Shown here piece by piece: positions 1-21,016 of a DNA stretch of 64,000 nucleotides. Where the stretch lies: contig CAVNZM010000007.1 of assembly GCA_963693365.1 (NCBI GenBank), forward strand, positions 10,227,962-10,291,961, read 5' to 3'. A program made the position numbers and the translations under genes. The stretch's first letter is position 1; every line of letters begins with the position of its first letter. The notes beneath the pieces were generated by a model. That model was not told the DNA's origin and ran no database searches. It was given only the letters and a program-made list of their open reading frames with translations. This DNA is from Amoebidium appalachense (taxonomy: Eukaryota; Protista; Ichthyosporea).

Positions 1-506
1 GGTACGTGCTAAGTGTGTGCACATGCACATGCTAATGTCTGTGCAGTCTCACTGCGCCACACACATGTATCACCAAACCTGCATAAGCCAACACGCATCT
101 CTTGAACATGTGCACGTGTGTGTATGCACACATACAATTTGGACCAGAAAAACACCCCGTGGTGGACGAAACACCATGTTTGTGTGCATCGCCCAGCATG
201 CAAACGTGCATCCACCACTCGTTATGCTGCAGGCACACATAAGTGGGTGGGCTCATTTCTTTGTTCATGCATGGCTTAATAAGGACTCATGCATGCGCGT
301 TAGGCAGTGGTGTTTCGTATGTGTGCTCACCAGTTGTGACTGATATATGGACACCCACTCACCCTAACACCCACACCCACACCTCTTCCACGCACACACG
401 CACTAACACCACACACCTACACACACACATAGACACACATTCTCTCTGTCACTACCCCCCCCCCCCCCCCCCCCCTCCCCCCCCCCCTCCCCCCTCACAC
501 ACCCAG

Positions 507-9809
<9,303 letters not shown>

Positions 9810-10120
9810 AAGATGATGGACGAATTTTTTGGACCGGTTTTAGAGTGAGAAAGTAAGCAGAGGAAAAGGGCCGACTTTAATTACTAATACTATATATAGT
9901 AGTTTTGAGGTATTACTAATGCTATATATAGTGGTATTATTATTTACCTTCCCAGGTGGTAGTTTCTGTAAGTGTTCTTCCCTTGCCTGGCTCTGGCTCT
10001 TGTTTGACAGGACGGTCGGATTCTAATATGACACACACGCACACACAGAGACTAAATTTGTGGGTTGCTGCCGCTCTGTATTGTGGTATGTGTGCGAATG
10101 TATGTGTTTGGGCTCTAGTG

Positions 10121-10152
<32 letters not shown>

Positions 10153-12353
10153 GTTTGTTTGTTTGGGGGGGGGGGGGGGGGGGGGGGTTCTATCTGAATG
10201 AATGATGATGATTGGGCTGTAATGGTTGAAGTATGCGAATGTGTATCCTGCTATGAGCACTCCATATCACGATAGCAGATAATCTTCCTTAGTTTAATTG
10301 GTCCTCCTAGCTCAGAGATAGCATATCTTTTTATTTCATCCAATGTGTCACGTAATTGCATGCTGATGTGACTTGACAATGGTACAGCTTGTATTCAAGC
10401 TTGAAACAGATGAACATGCAGCAGTGAATGAGCCTCTGCTAAGATTACACTTCATTTTTCTGAAAGCCATGGCAACTCCTAATGGAATAGGCACACGATG
10501 ACCAGTCGGAATGCTGTGGCACACCGAAATAACCTTTTTTGCCTAAGTGGCTTTCACACATGCCCAGCGCTACATATATACCATTAGTAACCGGTACCTG
10601 TTTCATATTCACACGTGTTGTGTCATGGCGTGTCGCCAGGATCATCGATTTCTGTTGATGGAACAGGTGGCTACGAGATCATGACCACCATGCATGCATA
10701 TATGCACGATTTCCCGGCTGGCATCCATATGCATGCATGCGTGCACATATTAGCATGGGTATTTGATGTCGTTCAATATATTCGAGCATTATAAGTGTTC
10801 CATTACCACCGTGGCACGTGCCATTATGTGCCATTATGAAGGCTGGGCATTACATACTAAACGATCACGAGGATCCGGACACCTCCGAAGTTCCCCCAGG
10901 GCCTCCGGAGCTCCCCATCCATCACATATCATGACGCACACATGCAGGCACATGTGCATGCATACAGCCTGTCACGTGCACATGTACAATTGTAACCTTT
11001 AAATGCATGGCATGTTATAACGCCGTATGCGCGCACACCGTGCTTTAATAATCGTCACAGCCACACAATATCATATGATGCGGCAACAACGGACACCGTA
11101 ACGGCGACTATTTGATTTCACACACCCACATGCAGGAGTGCGCACGACTCTGCGAAACTTCCATATTATAAAGGCGCCTTAAATGGCGGGAAAGGATATG
11201 TTGTCAAAAATAAGATAGGCACCAGGTGTAGTCATTAGCTCCTCCATGCCCAGATATAGTATATTTCCCCCACCGGCGAGGTGCTGGTGTGTGTCTGACC
11301 CTCAGGCTGGGCTAAGTGCGTGCTGGTAGTTAGGTTAGGTGCCGCGGGTTTGTTAGCTCAGCTGAAGGCACCTTTGACCACCCTAACCGTAGAGGGTTAC
11401 ATAAGTCGACGGGATCACTGCAGTATTGGCTGCTCCCTGCGGCCATGGCAATAATAATAATCATTCGGAAACAACATGTACCATCGACAACCGGTCCTGT
11501 TTACATGTGGAGGACGGTAGTTCCAATGAGGGAGTATGGAGAGTTCCCAGCGGTTTTAACTTAAACGGGATTAAAAATATAACACCTGGTATTATCAATT
11601 AGTAGTATACTGCACTGCCCTATCTACACTTTCGACCACCAAGTGATCTACGACTTGTCTAAAGCTTGAATAGGGGATTGGTTATTGAGAAAGCGGGAGG
11701 GGATGGGGTCTTTTATGTGTGTGTGGGTGTGTGTGTGTGGGGGGGGGGGGGGGGGGGGTAGGGGGGTGGGGGGAGGAGAGGGGGGGGGGGAGAGGGGGGC
11801 TAAGGGGGGAGAGGAGGGGGGGGGGGGGGGGGAGGGGATGCCCGCTACTACACTGCGGCCTTTGTGACAATCTCAGGCAAACTTATAGGTGTTACAGGCG
11901 AGTCCTGGTGTTTTTTATCTGGTATTATGTGTGATACCAAGGCCAAGTCTATGTAAACGCAGCTGCAGCCGCGGCAACAGTGCCAAACACTTACTCAGAA
12001 ATGATTACATTATCCGATACATCCAGACTTACTATGGCAACCGGAGGGGTTGTTGGCTTACCCCCTCCCAGACCCCCTAGGCCGAGGCATGCTGGATAAA
12101 GAGCCCCCTCCCCCCCACCCCCCCCCCACCCCCAAGTATATCCTCGGTGGTACGACGGATCTTTCTCCAACTTTTTGTAGTGTAATTGTTTACGGCCAAG
12201 TCAAAATACGTGTGGAGGAAATCCTGCACCAAAAAAAAAAAAACCACCATTGTCCCAAAGGGCACATTGTACGTTTGAAGATACAACGACCTTTAGACCT
12301 GGTGTGCAGGTGGCAGTGGCACGCCCGCACACACACGTGCGGGCGCGCGCAAC

Positions 12354-12354
<1 letters not shown>

Positions 12355-12430
<76 letters not shown>

Positions 12431-12482
12431 TACACACCTAAACACAAAAATAATTGCGGCATTGCGTGTGACTGTGTGTTAC

Positions 12483-12532
<50 letters not shown>

Positions 12533-12713
12533 CATGTGGCATGTGGGCACATCAGTATGCGTGCATATTGTGTGTACGTGTGTGCGTGCTTGTGTGCGTG
12601 TGTGCGTGCCTGCATGTGTGGGTGCGGTGTGCCTGTGTGTGCGCGTCGGTGTGTGTGGTTATTTGTGTCCATATGTCAGCATGCGTGTGTGTGGTAGTGT
12701 AAATGTGGATGTG

Positions 12714-12757
<44 letters not shown>

Positions 12758-12896
12758 GGGGGGGGGGGTGTGCGTGCGTGTGTGTGTGGGTGTGTGCATC
12801 TTGTGTGCGTGCGTACGTGCGTGCGTGGCGAGCAGGCGAGTGTGCGAGCGTGTGTGTGTGTATTTGTACATGTATGTGGCACGTGTGTGTGTGTGT

Positions 12897-12929
<33 letters not shown>

Positions 12930-13033
12930 CGTGTGCGTGTGCGTGTGCGTGTGCGTGTGCGTGTGCGTGTGCGTGTGCGTGTGCGTGCGCGTGTGTGCGC
13001 GTGTGTGCGCGCGTGTGTGCGTGTGTGTGTGTG
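12355..13033. repeat. Intergenic compound microsatellite: (CA)n, (TG)n and (GTGCGT)n
   Basis: CA run 12356-12428, then TG-rich degenerate repeats and a (gtgcgt)n block at about 12894-12988. Confidence 0.85.
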
Positions 13034-13522
13034 CATGGTCACATGGAGTTCGTGAGATTGCATCCTTTCAAATCTCTGTGGTAGCATGAAAAACATTCGT
13101 GAGATCTATGGGTTTTTTACGCTGTTTACTATAGCCAGTACTACTAATTACGGTTTGTGCCTCCGAGAGCCGCGTTTTTTATGCTGCACTGTCAGGCATA
13201 TGGGAAGTTGAACCTGCGGCCAGCCCAACACCTGTGAGCAGGTGTGGGTGTGCCCCATGGCAAGTTGGCTGCAACAACCCAACCATTGGTGACCACGATG
13301 CTGGGGTTCTTATTATATTCGCAAACTCGCCCGTATATTTCCTACTACCTATACTTATGCTGTAACCAACCATAAGCGAATTATCAGAACTAGCCTCTCC
13401 TTGGATTTTGTATGTTTTTTCCCTTTGAAAATGTCGACTGAAGTTCAAACTGAGTCGGCTCTGGGCAGTCCCACGAGCCTTCGTGAAGGCTCACGGAGTC
13501 ACGGAGTCCACCGAATTCTTTG

Positions 13523-13655
13523 TGACGTCATACAGGTCAAACACCAATCATGTATTAGATCTTTTTTAACGGACACCAATAAGAATGCAGGAGAACAAAT
13601 CCAAAAACAAAAGCCAATCATATGCAGCCGCTCGTTTAACCACAGGGTATATAAA
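13523..13655 (+). promoter_or_regulatory. Putative Pol II promoter: CRE, three CCAAT boxes and TATA box
   Basis: TGACGTCA at 13523-13530; CCAAT at 13544, 13576 and 13614; TATATAAA at 13648-13655, about 135 nt upstream of ATG 13791. Confidence 0.55.
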
Positions 13656-13790
13656 CCGAGACCCAAAACAAATGATTCAAGTGTCACATTTTTTTTCTCG
13701 TTTTTCTGAAGCAGGCATTGAACATTGGTAACTAAAAGGCTATAGTATACCAGCAATTATAGTGCCAGGAGTAGTTTTCGACTTTCAGCC

Positions 13791-15026
13791 ATGGAGTGCC
13801 AGCGTGTGAGCCCTAGACTCAGAGGCCTTGAGCCCCCTTCTTCACTTGCCCAACAGGCCCCACAGCAACAAAGGACTGTGTTCCAGCTGGAATTAGAGAG
13901 TGCCCCTCCCGCATACGGTGACGTGGCAATGAATTCGAACGAGAAAGAAGTCGGCAGCGCGCAAGCTGCAGCCTATATTTACGCCCAACCGGCACCCCTT
14001 TACACCAGCACGCCTTATGACCCTATGGCTACTCCTATGGCCGCCTCATCCATGCAGTCGTGCCCACCCGCCTTTAGGCCCACCACGTCCTTTGCACCAG
14101 TCAGCACTGGCCCATATGCTCCCAGCGCCACGGCCCCAGTCAGTACAATCCCCAGCAGCCTGCGAATGGCCACCCGCAGCCCCTCCTCCCTGCAGGACGG
14201 GTTCAAGTACACATATGCAGACTTCCTGCAGGCCCACGGCGTGAGCGAGGCCACGTGGCAGCACTTCTGTAAGGACGTGGACGCTGTGGTTGGGGAGGCC
14301 CCAGGCAAACTGGTATCGTTTGCGGCCGAGTTCTGGGCCGTGAACCTCGTGACACTGGGTACGTCACACCACCTCAAGCGCCATATGGAGAAGACGGTTG
14401 AGGAGAAGCTGGTACGCATCCCTTCTTCTCCCTCTCCAAACCTGAATTTTCTTGTTCGTCTTTTCTATGCAACCTTGCCATCCCCTATAGTGCAGGCATT
14501 GGGCAGTCCCTTTCTTGCATTTAAACTCCCACACCCCTTCCCTCAGTACTGCCACTGTGGCTCCCTCCTTCTTTCCCCTCAAACCTCCGGGCCCCCGTTT
14601 AACCCCCTTAAGCTCTCAACTCTTGAGGCCCCAATAGTTCTTGAACATATGTTTCTCCCCTCTCTGACACAGAGGCATGCTTACACAGCACGAACAACTG
14701 TTACCTTGGCACCTGAACACGGTTTGTCCTGTATCCATAAAGCACACTTGGGCCTTTCCACACCTCTCCAACCAACCAGCTTCCACGCTCACACAGTTCT
14801 TTCCCTTTCACAGGCAGAGAAGATAGAGGAGTGGAACACGCACACGTTCAGGCCCCGTGGGGTGGTGGTTGAGTTTCAGGACGATAAGTTTGTGACCAGC
14901 CGCAGAAGAAACCATAAGCACCACCAGCAGAACAAAACACACGACCGGTACCTGGTTGTTCGCACACTTGTGGCTGGCACCCCTGTCAATTTTCCCCCTA
15001 GTCCCACATCTTTCCAAGGCATGTAA
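13791..15026 (+). CDS. Hypothetical protein (~277 aa, 2 exons) with a Pro/Ala/Ser/Tyr-rich N-terminus and a folded-looking C-terminal region
   Basis: Start context cagccATGg. Exons 13791-14411 and 14814-15026, intron GTACGC...ttcacAG. Joined sequence reads FLQAHGVSEATWQHFCKDV...VEEKL|AEKIEEWNTHTFRPRGVVVEF. Exons are GC3-rich and AATAAA overlaps the stop. Confidence 0.75.
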   Translation: MECQRVSPRLRGLEPPSSLAQQAPQQQRTVFQLELESAPPAYGDVAMNSNEKEVGSAQAAAYIYAQPAPLYTSTPYDPMATPMAASSMQSCPPAFRPTTSFAPVSTGPYAPSATAPVSTIPSSLRMATRSPSSLQDGFKYTYADFLQAHGVSEATWQHFCKDVDAVVGEAPGKLVSFAAEFWAVNLVTLGTSHHLKRHMEKTVEEKLVRIPSSPSPNLNFLVRLFYATLPSPIVQALGSPFLAFKLPHPFPQYCHCGSLLLSPQTSGPPFNPLKLSTLEAPIVLEHMFLPSLTQRHAYTARTTVTLAPEHGLSCIHKAHLGLSTPLQPTSFHAHTVLSLSQAEKIEEWNTHTFRPRGVVVEFQDDKFVTSRRRNHKHHQQNKTHDRYLVVRTLVAGTPVNFPPSPTSFQGM

Positions 15027-17135
15027 ATAAATAGTGAGTTTTACTACACCGTTTGACTCCCGTTCCCTCTAACACGGGCCTAGGCTTTCGCAAATGTAAC
15101 GTGGATTATGACGTGGACTCTAAAATGTCTTTAAGAGTGAAAATTCGTTTGTTTATTTGTTGCAACACACGTTGTGCTGGACATCACAGTTGCTCATGCA
15201 CACCCACCTGCCCCTGCTTTGTAAGCAGGTTACATCGATAAGATAGAGCCTTGGCTGCTCCCTGACAAGGTAGCCCTTTATGTATGTTCACGTGGGTGTT
15301 TGAGTTGCACCCTCATTGCATACGTCCCTGAGCTCTTCAAACACAGCACACTTTCTCTATCCATCTCTCACCCCACCACTTGGCATGCAGCAAGCTTAGC
15401 CTTTCCCCACATACATAGGGATATATACACCCATGCAGCATAAAAATGCTATATATAGGCTACGAAGCACACATTCTTGTACAGAGTTAACCCAATACTC
15501 CCCGACTCAATTTACTGCCTCCAGCTCCCCCCCCCCCCCCCCCCCCCCCCGCCCGCCCCCCTCCACACACGTACAAACATGCAAACCCCCCCTCCCACAC
15601 ACACACGTGTGTACCTCTCCCCCTCCCCCAAGAAGCACGTATACGTATATGCATGTACAGAGTTTGAGCCCGATGCCTCCCGACTCGATATTACGCCTCG
15701 CTTTTGTACTAATATAGCTAGCCAAGTATGGATCGATCGATTCATGAGTTAACAGCCCCCCTTGGCCCCCCGCGTGCTTACAGGCACAAGCAAAGCATGG
15801 GAAAACCAGGTGTGTCCTAACAGCGTCCTTCAGCCTCGTACAACCCCTTCCCTCCCCCGCCCCCCGTCCGGCCCCTCGCCCTCCCCCCCCCCCACACGCA
15901 TACAACATGCAACCCTCCCCCCTTCCCCCCCCACACAAGCACAGAGTCTGGCACTATGCCGTTCTGACTGTGGCCTCTAGCGGCCGTACGATCAAACATA
16001 CTCTGGCTGAGATGCGTAATGAGTGGCTTGGGCGATGCCACTTGACAAACCAGAACTACCCCAAAAGTTGCAACTTTCCCTGGGCCACCTAACTGGTAGA
16101 AGTGACTTCAGGTCCCACATAAAACCATCAATAACTCACCCACCCATTGTTAAAACAAAGTGCCAACTCATTTTCGATGAACATAGCAGTCAATGGTAAA
16201 AACTTTTCCTAGCAGCCATGTTACAAGGCGCCAGCAGGGCCAACCGAGTTAACATGGGGTTTCATGTTTTGCGCCTATCTATGCACAGACAAGCTGGTAG
16301 CCAGGCCAGTGTGCCTCAAAGACTTACAGCAGGCCCACCACAAACACGCCAGGGTACATGCAAGTCCGCTGAGGATCCTTGGTATATTTTCTCGTTGATC
16401 AACTCGCTAATATTAGTATATGATAAAAGTCCAGAAGGCGTTGCCATGAAACACGTGTGCACGACCCCTTTGTGACTGTGCCAGCTGTGTGTTACGCAAC
16501 GTGACTGCAGCTGTTTGCAATCCCCCTACAATTACCCCATACCGTACGGATGTAGATGTCCCTGAGTCTAATAAATGCGATCTTGACAACGCGTACATTA
16601 TCAATCACAATTTGCATAAATCCCCCTTCTTCTGGCGCGCAATTTGCGTCCGCTTTCAGTTCAACGGTCGAGTTATTCAAAGTTTATCGTTTGTAAGAAA
16701 GAAGAAAAAGGAAAGGCTTCTGTTAGAAATTAGTTATTAGGTTGAGATATAAGCTGAATAGGTTTCCATTACATATGTTGCGACGCATGCTCACACATAG
16801 GACGCTAGTTTGGTGCCCGTTTGCTATTAAGGCCTTCTAACATCAAGAGGCCTTCTTTGGAGTTTTTAGAGTGTGGATGTAGCCACCCCTGGTCTTGGCT
16901 GCACGGAGTTCAACATCACGAAACACGTTATTTCCCGAAGCCTTTTTCTTCTCCAACACGTAGCACTCGCCACAACAGCGTTTTCTAAGGGATATTCAAA
17001 AAAAATTGACGCTGCATGGGCACAATACCGCCCTCTTCTGTCTTCAGTACACACTAGCATTTCACGCGCCAGGGTGCAGCAACCTTATTCCAGTGTTCTG
17101 GCTTAGTTAGGGTGCTAGACAAGCAAGCAGCCACA

Positions 17136-17986
17136 ATGAACCGTGACGGGGGGCCCGGCTCGGAGCCCCTGTCACGCGACACGGACGAATGGCTTAAAGG
17201 GAAGCTGGCAGACCCCTGGGGGGGTGAGAACATATCCTCCCAATTAAAAGACACACAGCTAAGGGACATAGCACAGAAATTCTACTATTACGACACCGAC
17301 ATAAAGGTGAAAGTTCTGATTGCAATATTGAACATGAAAAAGAAGAAGTTGATTGAGCTGCAGAGGGAGCTGGAGGCCGTTATGAGTGTGGCATCGACCG
17401 ACTCTGACGAATGGGTATGTGGGTGCCTGCTGTGTTTTTGGGCACGGCTGCTTTGGGTTGTCCTTGAACCTGTTTTTACGTTTCAAACCGCTCACCTTTG
17501 CGCTTTTTTTACGCACTATGCTGATACTGGCACGGATTGACACTCAGCTTTCTGCTTGCTGTGGCTTGGATCTATCTCAAGCAATTGCATCACTCTTCTA
17601 CCTGTCAGCCACATGGTTCTCTGTCTGGTTCTTGTGCTTCAGCAACTCTATAGGCGCTGTGTGCTTATGTGCCTCGTTGGGTGAACCAAACCTGGATAGG
17701 CAGTGTATTCAAGGGTAGTCGGGTGCGTAGGGCATGGCAACTAAGAGAACGTGTATTCTCACATAAGCATACGTCGTACCCTGTGATGCAGGCATTGAGA
17801 AAAGGAAGTATTTGTTTGAAAGCACTTTGTAGTTGTTTACAGTCATGACTGCACATAAACTCTGGCGCTGGTTGGTGTTGTCAGGCCGCTGTGGGTTGCT
17901 CCGTGGGTTTGCAGCTCCTGTGTCACCTTTTGCTGTTTAGTTTTTGGTATCCGACATCGTGTCTACAACCTTTCCTCCTTCTTACT

Positions 17987-18038
<52 letters not shown>

Positions 18039-19758
18039 TTCCCCCCCTGGGTCCTTTGCCCTTGCTGCCGTATTGTTTCTCTCATCCTTCTTTCTTCTCT
18101 ACCTGTTATCCCCCCCCCCCCCCCCAAAAAAAAAAAAAAAAAAAAAAAAAACCATCCCCCACCCCCCTTCCACCTGCATGTCTCTCCCTATGCCATTCTT
18201 TCCCTCTCCCTCTCCCTCTCGCCACCTCATCAACCCCCCTTCCCCCCTCCCCCTCCCCCTCCCCTCCCCCCTCCCTCTCCCCCCCCTCCTTGTTTATCTT
18301 TTGTGCCTCCCCCCCCCCCCCCCCCCCCCCCTCCTCCCTGGGCACGTAATGCTTCTTTGAGGGTATCCGTATTGAATGTATAGGCAGACTGCATTTATGG
18401 TCGTTCACCATGTAGGACACATGTTTCTCGTTGTGCAGATTTGCTTTCGTGCTGCCGTGTCCCATACCCTGCACCTTCCCCACCAATTCATGAGCCGTGG
18501 CTTCTCCCCCTCCTCTCTCTCCCCCCCCCCCTCCCCCCCCCCCCCCCCCCCCTTCTTTCTCTCTCTCGCTGCTTCCCTTTCCCTCTTTCTGCCCATCTTC
18601 TCACTTGAATACCACTACTGTTCCACCCCTCGTTGTCAACTGTCTTGGCCCAAACAACCCTTTACTCCCCCGTTTTCCTCACTTACAAAACTCTCATTTG
18701 TCCCCTCCATATGCTTTTCCCTTCTCTCTCCTCCTAATTTCTGACTGGTTTGTAGTTTTCACCCTTCTATCCTCTACCCGTATCCACTTCTGCTCTTGCT
18801 GCTAATATTCAGACACACCTTTTCTTACTATTTGACGCCTTAACCTCTTTCAGAAAACAATATTGCATTATGACTGCCTGTCCATATCTTTGGCCTTGCC
18901 ACACATTCACCCTCACGACCTACTAACCACTTTTAGGAACACCACACATTGGGCATATTTGCCACAGTTTTGCTTGTATCCTTTGCATGCCCGTTGGTAA
19001 GGTGTCGTTTTTACGTGGTTCTAGTGGGTTTCTTTGCCTTGGTGCCACACCTCTATGCCACACACATGCCTTCCTCACACTTAGGCGGCACATGTGTGGG
19101 TGCTGACTTCGGGCCAATCAGGTGCGTGTGATGGTGTGGATCATGCAGGGCTACACCACCAAGCGCACCCTGTCCATCAACTTTAACAACTGCGATAACA
19201 AGCTGGTTGAAACATACAAGGAGCTTGCTCGGAAATGTCCTTATCCACCCCCTCCGTCTCCCCCTCTCCCGCTCCACCCCAAACCCACAGACACAGATGT
19301 TCGAACTCGCGTGCACACACACACACACACACTCACACACTCACACACTGACACACTCACACACATGCGTGACCACCACACACACAGGCGCGCACACACC
19401 CACACACCATTATATACCCATACACACATACACGTGCACACACACACACACACACACACTACACATACACCAACATGTGCGCGAACACACCCTCACACCT
19501 TCGCAAGGCCTGGTACGAAATAATTCTCATTGATTACGCAACATTAATCACAATAGTAAGATAGTGACATCGGCCACGGTGAACGGGAAGATTGGATAAC
19601 CTATCAATCACACCGTCCCACTCGATTTGCTTTCCTGGTGAGCCCCAATTTGACTCTCACCGCATCTGTTCACACCATACGCTGGGATTAAATATCAGTG
19701 ACTAATAGTTCCCTAACCCCATACATCTCCGTGTCCCTTCGATCCCCCCCCTCCCCCC

Positions 19759-19792
<34 letters not shown>

Positions 19793-20434
19793 GCACCCTC
19801 CCTGCTCACCACCACCACCACCACCACCACTCCCCGTTTGGCATACTGATTGTTCTGCCTGCCACAGTGGACATGGGACCACCCCGATTTGCGCCCCACG
19901 AGCACATCTACCTCAACAAGAGTATCATGGACGAGCCATTAAACCCCCCCACCCAGCACTTCAAAATCAGAAACCCCCCCGTCCGGCCCGAGCAGCTGAA
20001 GACCAAACTGCAGGAAATCGGTATGTGGGTGGGGTGGTGAGGCCGGGAGGTCGGTGTAGCTCGAAGCAAAACATAGTATGTGTGGATGTGTGGCTATGTA
20101 ATTATAGTTTTATCTGCGTGTGTGTTTGTGGTGGGGGGAGGGGTAGGGTATGGAAGGGGACAAAAGGACGGGGGGGGAGGGGGGGGGGGGGTTACGATGA
20201 AAAATGAAAGTAGCGGTGGATTGAGGTCTAGTGCCTGTGCACGCACCCCACATGGCCACGTGCACTGCCTTCCAGCACCGTCTCTCACACGTGAGCATGC
20301 ACGTGCACCCTCCAGCCGCCTCTGCCGATGACACTGCCCAGTCAGCCACCAACCCATTGGGCCGCCGTCCAAGCACCGGCTTGAAGCCCCCGGGCACTGG
20401 GGATGTGACCCGCCCGGGCAATCTACTCGGTCCG

Positions 20435-20482
<48 letters not shown>

Positions 20483-20951
20483 TTTTTTTTTTCTCTTTTT
20501 GTTTGTGTTTCTGGCTCTTGTGTGTTTTGTGACGTTTTGTGACGTTTTGTGTCTCGGTCTTGTAATGTCACCACCTGCCAGCCCCCTAATGCATACATCC
20601 CCCCCCCCTCCCCCCCCCCCCCCCCCCCCCCCCCCCCTTGCCCTTCGCACCCTGTTCTCTTCATTTTCTCTTGTGATTATGATTCACTGCCACACCACTA
20701 TCTGCATGTGGTAATGCATAAATTGGGGTGGCGTGTTTGCTTGAATTGGTGTCTTTGTTTTGCCTCCCTATTTGCCAGCTTAACTCCTCCCAAAGGGGGT
20801 TATGATCTGCCCACACACACACACATCCACAGTTTTTTGTCAGGCCTTTGTCATCTTTATGTCACGTCTGCTTAGGCCCTGCCCTGGCCCCCCCCCCCCC
20901 CCCCCCCCCCCCCCTTTTCGCACACAAGGACACACACGCACACATATTGTA

Positions 20952-21016
<65 letters not shown>

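Noticed and set aside
11345-11425. tRNA A-box-like gttagctcagctg
   Set aside because: No T-loop GTTCRA motif and no cloverleaf or acceptor stem could be formed.
16218-16475. 85-aa ORF with gccATG context upstream of NELF-A
   Set aside because: Short, with no recognisable domain and no supporting splice or codon evidence.
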